From positions 6,183-70,182 of the forward strand of contig CAZMPQ010000001.1 of NCBI GenBank assembly GCA_964568535.1: a DNA stretch of 64,000 nt. The letters run 5' to 3'. This stretch comes from an uncultured Candidatus Saccharibacteria bacterium (lineage in GTDB: Bacteria; Patescibacteriota; Minisyncoccia; UBA6257; 2-01-FULL-56-20). A program made the translations under genes and the position numbers. Below, in pieces: positions 1-10,033 of this stretch. How positions within the stretch are numbered: the first letter of the stretch is position 1; every line of letters begins with the position of its first letter. Under the pieces are notes generated by a model. It had not been told where the DNA came from. It made no database searches and saw only the letters and a program-made list of their open reading frames with translations.

Positions 1-934
1 ACAGGTTATTCTGTCTTGCGACCGCGGCGAGCGCTTTTTTGATGGCTGCATGTTTCTCGGTCGGCGCAAAGAACATCACGCACCCTCCCCCGCCGGCCCC
101 AAGAACCTTGCCGCCCCATGCGCCATTGGCCATTCCCGCGTTGTAATACTCGTCGATGACGGAATTTGATGCGTTGGTCGTCAGGCTCTTCTTCTTGAGC
201 CATCCGTCGTGCAGCATCTCGCCCATGCCTTTCAGATCGCCCTTCACGAGCCGCGCTTCAAATTCCGGCACGAGGTCGGCCATCGCCTTGAGCGTCTCCA
301 TCTTCTTTGCAATATTCGCTTTTTGCTGCGTCAGGACGCTTGATGCATCCCGCGTAAGCCCCATGAAGAACACCAACATGTTTTGCTCAAGCGTTGAACG
401 CACTTTATAGTCGATCAACACCGGCCTCGCATCCACCGTGCCGTTCATATTGAACTGGAATACATTGAACCCGCCGAACGCAGCTGCATATTGGTCTTGT
501 TTTCCGATAGGTTCTCCGACAAGGTCTATTTCAAGCCGGCTCGCCGCCTCCGCGGCCTCTCCTTTGCCGATCTTCTTCCCCTGGTAGGCATGGAGCGCTT
601 TGACGAGCGCCACAGAAAAACTCGACGAAGAGCCCAGCCCGGTCTTTGATGGAAGCGGCGCGAATGATGCGATCTCAATGTTGCGCTCGATGCCCATGTC
701 CACGAGCGCGGCCTTGATCCTCGTATGACGGAGATCCTTGGCATAATCCACCGTTTCCGAAGAGCTGTAGCGCGCCGAAACTTTGTCCACCAATGGGGTC
801 CGATTTAAAACCACATAGACATATTTATCGATAGCTGCGGAAATAACGCGCCCGGGCGAGCGGCGATAAAAATCGGGGAGGTCCGTTCCCCCACCGACAA
901 AGCTGATGCGCATAGGCGCACGGGCAACGATCAT
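1..934 (-). CDS. hddA: GHMP kinase, D-glycero-alpha-D-manno-heptose-7-phosphate kinase-like (partial, runs off left edge)
   Basis: Not in the ORF track. Manual translation from ATG at 934 gives MIVARAPMRISFVGGGTDLPDFYRRSPGRVISAAIDKYVYV, with GLGSSS, GKQDQYAAAFGG and GAGGGG motifs. The frame is still open at base 1. Confidence 0.85.
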   Translation of the reverse strand, partial: MIVARAPMRISFVGGGTDLPDFYRRSPGRVISAAIDKYVYVVLNRTPLVDKVSARYSSSETVDYAKDLRHTRIKAALVDMGIERNIEIASFAPLPSKTGLGSSSSFSVALVKALHAYQGKKIGKGEAAEAASRLEIDLVGEPIGKQDQYAAAFGGFNVFQFNMNGTVDARPVLIDYKVRSTLEQNMLVFFMGLTRDASSVLTQQKANIAKKMETLKAMADLVPEFEARLVKGDLKGMGEMLHDGWLKKKSLTTNASNSVIDEYYNAGMANGAWGGKVLGAGGGGCVMFFAPTEKHAAIKKALAAVARQNNL

Positions 935-943
935 AACATCACT

Positions 944-973
944 AATCTAACGGAAAAGTCCTGCTTTCGTCAA
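944..973 (-). promoter_or_regulatory. sigma70-like promoter TTGACG-18-TAGATT for hddA
   Basis: Hexamers read directly from the sequence. The -35 overlaps the TGA stop of the upstream GT2. Confidence 0.45.
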
Positions 974-1839
974 TCTGAACGCCGCACCTCGCCAGATAAG
1001 AACTTCTTTACCGGCCACAGGAGCGCATGTACACGCCTGCGGATGCCGAACGGAATGACCGCATAACACAGTTGCAATAGATGAATGAAAAAGCCGTGCA
1101 AAAATCCCGGATACTTTTCGCGATACCGCCAGAGGACCCGAAATGCTTTTACCGTATGCGGCAACATATCTTTCGCAGAACGATTCAGCCCGGTCGAGGT
1201 GTAATACGAAAAATATGCCGGGAAGTTATAGAGTTTTCCCGCAAGACCCATCTTCAGCGAGAAGTCCCAGTCCTCGTTGAAATTCAGCTCACGATCAAAT
1301 CCGCCGACGCGGCGCAACACGTCCGCGCGATAGATGCCGGTGGAAGACGCGATGGGGTTCGTGACGAGCGCCGTGCGATGAATTGCTTCGTTCGTCTCTT
1401 CTTTGAAATAACGATAGATTTCCTTGCCGTCCGGGTCCACAACGATCATTCCCCCGCCGGCACCCACATAGTCCGGATGCTCGTCCAAGAACGCAACCTG
1501 CCGTGCAAGCTTATCGTTGCCGATCCAGGCGTCGTCCGAGTCCACGCGGGCGATATACTTCCCCCGCGCGACCTCCACGCCGCGATTGAACGTATAAGGA
1601 ATGCCGCTGTTTCTGTCGTTCTCCAGATAAACGATGCGCGGATCTTGTTTTGCGTACTCCGCGACCACTTCGCGCGTATTATCTGTTGAACCGTCGTTCA
1701 CCACGATAAGCTCGAGCTCGCGAAGCGTCTGTCCCAAGACGCTCGAAATAGACTTGCCGACAAATCGCGCCTGATTCCATGTCGGCATGATGACCGACAC
1801 AACCGGCATGACGGAGTTTTCCTTTGGCGCTGTGTTCAT
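970..1839 (-). CDS. glycosyltransferase family 2
   Basis: VSVIMPTWN, VNDGSTD and RVDSDD motifs. Start placed at the ATG (1839) that overlaps the upstream stop (ATGA). Confidence 0.9.
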   Translation of the reverse strand: MNTAPKENSVMPVVSVIMPTWNQARFVGKSISSVLGQTLRELELIVVNDGSTDNTREVVAEYAKQDPRIVYLENDRNSGIPYTFNRGVEVARGKYIARVDSDDAWIGNDKLARQVAFLDEHPDYVGAGGGMIVVDPDGKEIYRYFKEETNEAIHRTALVTNPIASSTGIYRADVLRRVGGFDRELNFNEDWDFSLKMGLAGKLYNFPAYFSYYTSTGLNRSAKDMLPHTVKAFRVLWRYREKYPGFLHGFFIHLLQLCYAVIPFGIRRRVHALLWPVKKFLSGEVRRSD

Positions 1840-2810
1840 TCGTCGAGTTCGGAAAGCCTGAGTTCGCGGCGGCGGTAGTATACCTTCACCAGGATCTTTT
1901 GCACGAATCCCGCAGGCAAGATAGCGAGCGGCAGCCATACGAGCCATCCGAGCATTACGCCAAGCGGATATTCCGCGAATGCGCTCGTGATGTGGGGCTT
2001 CGCCTCAGCTCTTCGCGCGTTCATCAGATATGCAAGGCCGAGATTCAACCGATAGCGCCTTCTCTGCCGACGCATATCAACGCGCATGCGTTCCTCTGGG
2101 GTCATTTTCGCATTGAGCCGTTCTAGAACTTCTAACATCGTCTCTTTCACTTTTGGCTGGCTTTCTACTCCCTGCAGATTTGCGGTCTTCCGCATGCGCA
2201 ATTTCGCCAGGCGCTTCGACAGGAACTCAAAACGCGCGCCGCCGTGCGCAAGGCGCAGCCAGAATTCAAGATCTTCAGAACGCTTGAGGTTCTCATCGAA
2301 CATGCCGAACCGCTCGATTACCGAGCGCCGGAGCACGACCGACAGCGGCGCGATGAAATTCATGGCCAAGAGATGCGGCAGGACCTCTTCGCCGGAATAA
2401 TACTCGTAGTTCAAGCGCAATAGTGTCGATTCACCGTCCCAAAAGTGGTAGAGGTTGCAGTACGAAACATCGCACGATGGGTGCGCTGTGAGATATGCGA
2501 TCTGCTCGGCTATCTTTTCGGGCAGAAATACGTCGTCGGAATCCAAAAGCGCGATGAATTCGCCCTTACTTGCCTTGATGCCGGTGTTACGCGCGCTAGA
2601 GAGCCCTGCGTTCGCTTGGTAGATGTACGTTATCTTTTTCGCGTTGATATACGGCTCCAACACTGCCTTCGTGTCGTCGGTGGAACCATCGTCAACCACG
2701 ATAATTTCACAGTTCGGATAGATTTGCGCGAGCGCAGAGTCCACCGCTTCGCGGACATAGCGCGCTGTGTTCCACGACGGGATGATAATGGAGACAAGGG
2801 GCTGCGACAT
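1836..2810 (-). CDS. glycosyltransferase family 2
   Basis: VSIIIPSWN, VDDGSTD, LDSDD and SEDLEFWLR motifs. Confidence 0.92.
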   Translation of the reverse strand: MSQPLVSIIIPSWNTARYVREAVDSALAQIYPNCEIIVVDDGSTDDTKAVLEPYINAKKITYIYQANAGLSSARNTGIKASKGEFIALLDSDDVFLPEKIAEQIAYLTAHPSCDVSYCNLYHFWDGESTLLRLNYEYYSGEEVLPHLLAMNFIAPLSVVLRRSVIERFGMFDENLKRSEDLEFWLRLAHGGARFEFLSKRLAKLRMRKTANLQGVESQPKVKETMLEVLERLNAKMTPEERMRVDMRRQRRRYRLNLGLAYLMNARRAEAKPHITSAFAEYPLGVMLGWLVWLPLAILPAGFVQKILVKVYYRRRELRLSELDE

Positions 2811-2817
2811 GGCTCAC

Positions 2818-3867
2818 TTACCGCAAGGGTAATTCGTTCATGATGGCGCGGAAGCGTTCTTCGTAGGTATGTTCGCGCAGTGTTCGTTCATACGCGGCTC
2901 GCGCCATACGCTCGCGCTCTTCCGGACGTTCGAGATAATAGCGAACTTTTTCCACCAATTCTGCATGCGTGCGGAAGAACGCCATTTCGCGGTCGGGCTC
3001 GTAGTATTGCTCCACGCCAGCGGTGTATCCGGAAACGACGCACGCGCCGCACGCCGCGAGCTCAAAAATACGTGCGTGAATATGCGACTCAGCGAAATGC
3101 CACCACGCCTGCGCGTTCCGCACGATGTGGCGGTCCGGCACGATGCGGTTCCGCGATTTCATGAAGAATAGTCGCCCGAGCACCCATGGATCAAACCGCG
3201 ACGGACGGTCGTTCAGGTTGAGCATCATCTTGCTGCGACCGATGATGTCCATCATCTGCTTGGGCGATATGCGGCCCGATGGCCAGCCGAGCCCGAACGC
3301 CTCCACGCGAAATCCTGCGCTGCGCAACGCTCGCACCGCCTCTTCTCGCGGCCGTTTCCACTGCCCGATAAACGCCACGTCGATATCGCGTTCACCGGTC
3401 GTTTCAACCGGCCAGTAGGCGTTCGGATTCGCCGCCCATTGCGAGAGAAAAATATTCTGTATGCCAGCATTCTTGTACCATGCGACCGCCTGCGGCGCCG
3501 TCGTCACCGCGAGCGTAAAATATGGGGCCCAGATGCGCGAATAGTTCCAAAATCGCCAGTAATCGTCCGCAAACCATGCAACGGTCTTCGTTGTTGTTTC
3601 CTTGCGAATACGCTCCAGAACTGCCGGCTCGCATTCATCGGTATACATGAACACGAAAAGCATCTCCGGCTGTTCACGCTTTACCAAGTGCCACAATTCT
3701 TCGTTCCACATACGCTTGCCCATCGCGAGGATGCGGTCGAACGGGTGCGCAAGAACAGAAACGCCTGGCATACGCGCAAGCGTTCCCAGAAAATTCACTT
3801 GCTCAAAGCTCGGCGACCGCTTCGGGTCGTAGTTCTCCGCTTCGATACCGGCATAGAGGACCTTCAT
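2818..3867 (-). CDS. CgeB-like glycosyltransferase (Glyco_trans_1_2)
   Basis: RIFELAACG and YERTLREHTYEERF C-terminal signature. Confidence 0.85.
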   Translation of the reverse strand: MKVLYAGIEAENYDPKRSPSFEQVNFLGTLARMPGVSVLAHPFDRILAMGKRMWNEELWHLVKREQPEMLFVFMYTDECEPAVLERIRKETTTKTVAWFADDYWRFWNYSRIWAPYFTLAVTTAPQAVAWYKNAGIQNIFLSQWAANPNAYWPVETTGERDIDVAFIGQWKRPREEAVRALRSAGFRVEAFGLGWPSGRISPKQMMDIIGRSKMMLNLNDRPSRFDPWVLGRLFFMKSRNRIVPDRHIVRNAQAWWHFAESHIHARIFELAACGACVVSGYTAGVEQYYEPDREMAFFRTHAELVEKVRYYLERPEERERMARAAYERTLREHTYEERFRAIMNELPLR

Positions 3868-5135
3868 GCGCACATCCCAAATAGCCCTACGGAGGGTGGC
3901 GGATTTTGTCGGACGCGCGATAACAAACGTGAAAGTTGCTTTTCAACCATAGGCACTGAAATTGCAGCGATGCATGGCGATGGTTCGTTTGGCGGCAAAT
4001 CGCGGCCACATCGCCAATTATCACCGTAACACGGAGACAGCGCAGCAACCCACACATTCGTATCCGGATAGCCATAGTCCTGAAACATACCGTACTGCCC
4101 ACCTCCCGTAACGCAGATGGAGGGGTGCTTGATTGCTACTGCAATGTGTATGCTCGCAGTGTCGTTCGTAAGAAGCACTATTGATCCTCGCATAAGCTCA
4201 ACGAGCTCCCCAAGGGATGTTTTTCCCGTGATATCCATGTGTTTTTCTTGAATAAGACGCGTGACCGCCGCAGATGCCTCCGCATCGGCAAATGCACCCA
4301 CAAATACCGGCGTAATCTTTCGTGCTGAAAGAATCCTCGCCATCGCCGCAAATCGATCCTTAGGCCACCGCTTATAGGCAACGCTTGCACCAACGTTCAC
4401 TAAGGCGTAGTCCTCACCAACAAGCCCGAACTTCTCACGCGCCGCAACCGTATCGCCGAGGCGTGGCAATTCGGTTGCGTAATCTTGTTCTGCAAAACCT
4501 GTTGCTCCTTCATAGATGATGATGTAGTGACTGATGACGTGTGGTAAGCGCCCACTGGGGTCACTATTATCCGAAATCGCGGGGATGACTTTCGTGTATC
4601 TGGGTAGATACTGGTCACGGACGATACGTAGGTTGCGCGACTGCTGAAAGTCAAAGGGATTTCGATATTCGAACTTCATACCCTCATACCCGACAACCTC
4701 ATTTGCTCGGAGCGATGTGGCAATTATCTTGCCCATAATTTCTGAAGCGCTGAAATCATGATTGATGACTCGCGAAAATCCACGGCGACGGAGATCGCTG
4801 ATTATGCGCAGACCAATCAGTGGGTTCATCGCAAATGAGGAGTATGGAACAAGCACGATGTCGTCTACATAATATCCCGCAGCAAATACCTCAAAACCCG
4901 TACCCTGTTTGATGAGCAATGTGATATGTGTGTCGGGAAAACGCCGCTTATAGTGCTTGAGGACCGATGTAAACAACACGAGGTCGCCGAGCGCCTCCAG
5001 ATTGATGATGAGCAGCCGCTTATCCCAGCCAACGCGGTTCGGCGCCGGAGCAAAAAGCGCCACGAGCGCCGCTCGGAGTGGCGTTACGAGCTTTGTTTTG
5101 ATGATGAATTTCAAAACGCTGCCGAGCATCCTCAT
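3864..5135 (-). CDS. glycosyltransferase family 9 (heptosyltransferase-like)
   Basis: ALGDLVL, GASVAYKRWP and LTNDTASIHIAVA motifs. Lies next to the heptose genes. Confidence 0.88.
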   Translation of the reverse strand: MRMLGSVLKFIIKTKLVTPLRAALVALFAPAPNRVGWDKRLLIINLEALGDLVLFTSVLKHYKRRFPDTHITLLIKQGTGFEVFAAGYYVDDIVLVPYSSFAMNPLIGLRIISDLRRRGFSRVINHDFSASEIMGKIIATSLRANEVVGYEGMKFEYRNPFDFQQSRNLRIVRDQYLPRYTKVIPAISDNSDPSGRLPHVISHYIIIYEGATGFAEQDYATELPRLGDTVAAREKFGLVGEDYALVNVGASVAYKRWPKDRFAAMARILSARKITPVFVGAFADAEASAAVTRLIQEKHMDITGKTSLGELVELMRGSIVLLTNDTASIHIAVAIKHPSICVTGGGQYGMFQDYGYPDTNVWVAALSPCYGDNWRCGRDLPPNEPSPCIAAISVPMVEKQLSRLLSRVRQNPPPSVGLFGMCA

Positions 5136-6101
5136 TTACGCAGGCCGCGCCAGCGCGCGTTTTAGTTCGCCGGCAGTGAGCGCCGTCGTTCCCTCGCGGC
5201 TCACTACGAGACCCGCGGCAGTGTTCGCGAGACGCGCTGCAACAAGGAGCGGCTCGCCCGAGGCGAGCGCAAGCGCAAGTACTGCGGCGACCGTATCGCC
5301 CGCACCCGTCACGTCGAACACCTCACGCGCGTTCGACGGAATATGCACCGCTCCCTTGCGAGCGATATCGCCCACGGTCATGCCATGCTCACCCCGCGTG
5401 AGCACTACGGACGCATTGAATTTCTTCCGAAGTGCCTCTGCTGCCTCACGGGCGGTTTGTGCCGTCGTCGCGTTTATCCCCACGAGCGCTCGTGTTTCAA
5501 CAATGTTCGGGGTGACTGCTGCGATGCCGCGGAAGAACGTGGCATGTTGGGGCTTACAATCGGCAATGATACGCTTTCCTCCAAATCGCTTGCGGAGCGC
5601 GGAAACCACACGCGGGGTCACTACTCCTTTTGCGTAGTCGGATACAACAATGAAATCAACTGGGTCGAGCCGGGCGATCTCTTTAAGCACTGCGGTCTCC
5701 GCTCCTCGAGTAAGACCCCCCGGTGTTTCATGGTCCAAGCGAAGTAATTGGTGCCTCCGCGCAGCTATGCGCGTCTTGACGGTCGTCACGCGGTGCGGGT
5801 CGCGAACTAAGTGCGTTGCGATGTTCATCGCCTTCGCGAGTCGACCGAGCTCCGTTCCAGCAGTATCATTCCCGACAACCCCAAGTAAGATTGCCTTTCC
5901 ACCGAGAGAAGCGACGTTTGCCGCCGTGTTTCCCGCGCCGCCCAGGTGTCCACTTCGCTCGCGTTCCACCACTACCGGCACTGGTGCTTCTGGTGAGATA
6001 CGCTCCACATCGCCACGCACGAACGCATCAAGCATCACATCACCAACTACAAGAATGGTTTTTTTTGTAAACTGATCGATTATGGACGTTTTTGTGCTCA
6101 T
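5136..6101 (-). CDS. hldA: D-glycero-beta-D-manno-heptose-7-phosphate kinase (RfaE domain I / HldA)
   Basis: VGDVMLD, RISPEAPVPVV, SDYAKG and VFDVTGAGDTV motifs. Confidence 0.92.
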   Translation of the reverse strand: MSTKTSIIDQFTKKTILVVGDVMLDAFVRGDVERISPEAPVPVVVERERSGHLGGAGNTAANVASLGGKAILLGVVGNDTAGTELGRLAKAMNIATHLVRDPHRVTTVKTRIAARRHQLLRLDHETPGGLTRGAETAVLKEIARLDPVDFIVVSDYAKGVVTPRVVSALRKRFGGKRIIADCKPQHATFFRGIAAVTPNIVETRALVGINATTAQTAREAAEALRKKFNASVVLTRGEHGMTVGDIARKGAVHIPSNAREVFDVTGAGDTVAAVLALALASGEPLLVAARLANTAAGLVVSREGTTALTAGELKRALARPA

Positions 6102-6463
6102 GTATGTAATTGCGAATCCCCATTCGCGAGGCGATACGTATCATCTTCACGATGCTCTGTAGAGAATTCAAATACCTCGCTCTGCTCCACGCCAGTGAAC
6201 TGGTGCGGCAACCCAGGTGGGATGTGTATGGACTCCCCGGCGCGCATCATGCGGCGAATCGGCTCCGCGGGATATCCAAACGGGTAGGTATCCATCTGCA
6301 CGGCGCCGCTCTGCACATAGAACGTCTCATCCTTCAGCTTGTGATAATGGACGCTGCACCGCTTCCCCTTATCGAGCAAAAGCTTTTTCCCGCAATACTG
6401 GGGGTTATTCGCTATCCATTGTTCCTCCCCCCAACCCTTGGGATGTCGTTCGGGAGCTTCCAT
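6098..6463 (-). CDS. cupin-domain protein (mannose-6-phosphate isomerase type II-like)
   Basis: KGWGEEQW, SVHYHKLKDETFYV, IHIPPGLPHQF and EFSTEH. Likely start MEAPERH at 6463. Confidence 0.8.
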   Translation of the reverse strand: MEAPERHPKGWGEEQWIANNPQYCGKKLLLDKGKRCSVHYHKLKDETFYVQSGAVQMDTYPFGYPAEPIRRMMRAGESIHIPPGLPHQFTGVEQSEVFEFSTEHREDDTYRLANGDSQLHT

Positions 6464-6506
6464 AACGATTGTAAGAATGTCATACCTTCCGTATGATGAC
6501 AATATC

Positions 6507-7007
6507 ATGACGCACATGGCCACAAAACGCATCGTCACGCTTACCGAAGCCGCACGCATCGCGCGGCGGGCTCGTTGGGCAGGCAAGCGCGTCGTTACGA
6601 CGAACGGCTGCTTCGACATCCTCCACGTCGGCCACATCCACAATCTGGAAGCCGCGCGAGCGCTTGGCGACCTCCTCATTGTCGGCGTAAACTCCGACGC
6701 ATCGGTAAGCTCGTTCAAAGGCCCAGGGCGGCCTATCGTGACCGCGCGCGAACGCGCCGAGGTTCTTGCCGCACTTCGGCCGGTCGATTATGTCCTCATT
6801 TTCTCTGAACCGACGCCGAACCGCTGGCTCGCGGCGGTCCGTCCGCACGTGCACGTGAAAGGCGGTGATCGACCGATGAGTCAGATCGTCGAACGTGACG
6901 TCGTTCGGCGTGCCGGCGGAAAGATCGTACTCCTCAAGACCATCGCCGGGAAATCGACGACGAACATCATCGGGCGTATCGCCCGGACGTTACGAAAGCG
7001 CTCCTGA
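6507..7007 (+). CDS. hldC: D-glycero-beta-D-manno-heptose-1-phosphate adenylyltransferase (RfaE domain II / HldC)
   Basis: TNGCFDILHVGH, GVNSDASV, KGPGRP, KGGD and STTNII motifs. Confidence 0.92.
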   Translation: MTHMATKRIVTLTEAARIARRARWAGKRVVTTNGCFDILHVGHIHNLEAARALGDLLIVGVNSDASVSSFKGPGRPIVTARERAEVLAALRPVDYVLIFSEPTPNRWLAAVRPHVHVKGGDRPMSQIVERDVVRRAGGKIVLLKTIAGKSTTNIIGRIARTLRKRS

Positions 7008-7901
7008 CATAGCATAATCCGAGATGCCACGCTCTAGATCGTACTCCGGCACGAATTCGATGAGTTCTTTTGCACGTGTCATATCGCATTCGGTATATGT
7101 TTGATAGGTCGCAGCGTATGGGTTATCGATATAGACCGGTTTCCGCGTGGTGCCCATCACGCGATTCAGCGTCGCAATGACGTCGTTGAACGTCCGCGCT
7201 TTTCCGAATCCGCAATTCACAGTACCGCTCGCACCGGCTTGCGCAGCGAGGAGATTTGCGCGAACGGCGTCCTTTACGTAGATATAATCGCGCCTCTGCT
7301 CGCCATACTTAAAAATCTTTGGGTCTCCGACTTTCATTTGCCGGGCAAGCTGATATACCATACTTGCCATTTTGCCCTTATGGCTTTCCCCGGGTCCGTA
7401 TACATTGCAATATCGCAAACCGACAACAATTGTGTCTGGGTTTCCGCCTGCGAATCGCATCGCGAACTCGTCCAGCGCTTTTTTTGACTCGCCGTACGGA
7501 TTAAGCGGAGCAAGTGGGCCGTCCTCGCGATACGGCGCCGGAACGTTCCCGTAGACTGCGGTTGACGATGCATACACGATGCGTCGGCAGCCGGCATTGA
7601 CTGCACTGGCGAAAAGCGGCTTCACCGCCTCTACGTTCACGAAGAACATCTTTTCACGGTCGGTCACAAGGGTATCCGTAATGGCTGCTTGGTGGAATAG
7701 GACATCAATGGAGCCGATCTTTTCCCAATCGATATCGTGGAATGTCGGCTGGAGTATGGGACCTCGGAACCCAGACAGTTTTTGTTCTGCATCACTCCCA
7801 GTTACTATGACGTCCCATCCTTGCGCGTCCAGCGTACGCACGAGATTAGAGCCGATGAAACCGGTCCCGCCAGTTACTAACGCTTTTTTCTTTCTTAGCA
7901 T
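6990..7901 (-). CDS. hldD: ADP-L-glycero-D-manno-heptose-6-epimerase-like SDR
   Basis: TGGTGFIG, YASSTAVYG, PLNPYGESK and NVYGPGESHKGKMASMVYQL (the last is typical of RfaD). Confidence 0.85.
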   Translation of the reverse strand: MLRKKKALVTGGTGFIGSNLVRTLDAQGWDVIVTGSDAEQKLSGFRGPILQPTFHDIDWEKIGSIDVLFHQAAITDTLVTDREKMFFVNVEAVKPLFASAVNAGCRRIVYASSTAVYGNVPAPYREDGPLAPLNPYGESKKALDEFAMRFAGGNPDTIVVGLRYCNVYGPGESHKGKMASMVYQLARQMKVGDPKIFKYGEQRRDYIYVKDAVRANLLAAQAGASGTVNCGFGKARTFNDVIATLNRVMGTTRKPVYIDNPYAATYQTYTECDMTRAKELIEFVPEYDLERGISDYAMSGALS

Positions 7902-7963
7902 TATCCCAAAGTATATAAGCGGCCCTACAATCGCACAACAATCATTTCATCTGATTGTGACGC

Positions 7964-9166
7964 TCAGATCATCGCGTCAACAATGCCCTGCGCGAATTTT
8001 TCCCAGGACATGTTTTCCTGCACGAACGTCTGACCCGCCGTGGCTATTTTTTTATAGAGCTCAGAGTCGTCCACAACCATCTTCACCTTGTCTGCTATCT
8101 GCTGCGGCGACATCGGGTCAACGGCGAGCGCGGTTTCGCCGTCCCGAAGCGCTTCCATCACGTCGTTCGTGCGGCAAACAATAAGCGGTAACCCTGCCGC
8201 GAGCGCCTCAAAAGCCGTCATCTGCCAGCCGAAACCGTTCCGCGGCGGCGGGAGGTGGATGGGCAATATGAATATGTGGCTCGTCGCGTAGAGTTTTTTG
8301 AGCTCGTCCTCGCTCGCCCCCTCGGGCATGAGCCGAACGTGCGGTTCAAGCTTCCGCTCGGCCACGAACCGTCGGAGTTCCGCAAGATATTCGTCCTGTC
8401 CCCAGATGTTCTTGCATACCACAACAAGACGCACGTTCCGACCCTCCTCGTGGAGGATACGAACGGCATCTATCGCGTCCTCAAACCGACGATATTTGTT
8501 GAGCGCACCGACCGTCATGAGCGTGACTTGCCCTTTGCCGTCCATATTCCGCACCGGCGCCGCGAATGCTTTGACATCAATGCCGGTCCACGCGATGGAC
8601 GTTCGCACGCCGCGCGCCTCAAGCCACACCTGATTTCGTTTCACGAGCGTCACTGCGGCGTCCAAACTTGCGAACGCCTTGCGTTCAGTCATGTCGGCAT
8701 ACATATTCCACGCCCGGCTTGCCCAATCGTAGAGCATGTTTGCTTTCGGTAAGTATTGGTATGGCGGGTCTGCCATGTACCACACAAGCTTCGCTCGCGA
8801 AACGCGCGGACGAACGTATGGTGCGACGCGATATGCAAAGTCGTGCAGGTTCACGAGGTCGGTATCGGCGTCTATCGCCGCAGCAATGCGGCGTGCAGCG
8901 TCGTCCAAACGGCGGACTTGCTCGCGTTTTTCTCGGATGCGCCCCCAAAGCCCCGCGCTTGCGTATTGCCACACGAGCGGACGCTCTGGACGCACGATGC
9001 GGATGTCTATCCCCCGCCGCAGTTCCGGATATACTTGCTCGTCAAACTCCGGCGCATATAACGCGACCGTATGCCCCAAGCGCGTGAGCGCATGCGCTTC
9101 CTCGTAGATAAGCCGCACGCCGCCGGCTTGCCAGCTCAGATTGAAACAAACAAGCGCAATTCTCAT
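7964..9166 (-). CDS. glycosyltransferase family 4
   Basis: GT-B fold pattern with FGWQMTAFEALAAGLP and SWEKFA. Confidence 0.85.
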   Translation of the reverse strand: MRIALVCFNLSWQAGGVRLIYEEAHALTRLGHTVALYAPEFDEQVYPELRRGIDIRIVRPERPLVWQYASAGLWGRIREKREQVRRLDDAARRIAAAIDADTDLVNLHDFAYRVAPYVRPRVSRAKLVWYMADPPYQYLPKANMLYDWASRAWNMYADMTERKAFASLDAAVTLVKRNQVWLEARGVRTSIAWTGIDVKAFAAPVRNMDGKGQVTLMTVGALNKYRRFEDAIDAVRILHEEGRNVRLVVVCKNIWGQDEYLAELRRFVAERKLEPHVRLMPEGASEDELKKLYATSHIFILPIHLPPPRNGFGWQMTAFEALAAGLPLIVCRTNDVMEALRDGETALAVDPMSPQQIADKVKMVVDDSELYKKIATAGQTFVQENMSWEKFAQGIVDAMI

Positions 9167-10026
9167 CCTTTTTTGAGCAACAGGTTGGTCATTCGCTCGT
9201 TCTCTCGTGGATAGCGCTCCAAAAGCTCGTCCGTTGTCACAGGACGATCGATGTCCACCTCAATGTCGTAGAACACAAATCCGAGTGCTGCCCATGCCGC
9301 AAGGAATTCCTGCGGATCCTCCCCCGCCTGTGCGAGGAGCATGGGGTAGAACTCCATGATCACCTTTACGTTTGGATTTTTCGCCAGCACATTCCGCATA
9401 CCGCGCAAGACCCGTCCTTCTGAACCTTCTACATCAATCTTCACGACAGCTATGCGCGGAGTTTGAGTGGAGAAAAATTCGTCTAACGGCAAAACTTCCA
9501 CCATGCGCGATGGTGCACCTTCCGCAAATCGGTCATAACCGAGGGAACTGTGCGGGCCGTTCTCGTAGAACGGCAACGAACCGCGTTTGTCGGAAAGCGC
9601 TTTCGGCACAAGGGTGACGTTCGCAAAGCCATTCGTTGCAATATTCTTCTCCAAGAACCCGAAGCTTCGCGGATTCGGCTCAAACGCAAAGACGCGTCCC
9701 GACGGACCGGCGAGTTTCGCCGCAAGGCACGCGTAGTAACCGATATCCGCGCCGATATCTAATACCGTGTCTCCTGTGCGGACCAATTTTCGCATGACGT
9801 CTGTCGTCCGCTCCTCAAACTTCGTAGCGTCTATGCCTTCGCGAACATCAACCTGGAGCGTGTATCCGTTCACCTCAACGACAGATGCCCGTGCCCTACC
9901 GGCGAGGAACTCTTGCAGGCGCGCCACCACGGGAAACCGCTTTTTGAGATGCAATCCGCCAAAAAGCGTTCGCCCCATGGCGTAGAGTACTCTCGATATC
10001 GGCTGGGTGATGCGGCGCATATGCAC
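9163..10026 (-). CDS. FkbM family methyltransferase
   Basis: LDIGADIG, FAFEPNP and KIDVEGSE motifs. Confidence 0.9.
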   Translation of the reverse strand: MHMRRITQPISRVLYAMGRTLFGGLHLKKRFPVVARLQEFLAGRARASVVEVNGYTLQVDVREGIDATKFEERTTDVMRKLVRTGDTVLDIGADIGYYACLAAKLAGPSGRVFAFEPNPRSFGFLEKNIATNGFANVTLVPKALSDKRGSLPFYENGPHSSLGYDRFAEGAPSRMVEVLPLDEFFSTQTPRIAVVKIDVEGSEGRVLRGMRNVLAKNPNVKVIMEFYPMLLAQAGEDPQEFLAAWAALGFVFYDIEVDIDRPVTTDELLERYPRENERMTNLLLKKG

Positions 10027-10033
10027 CTATTGT

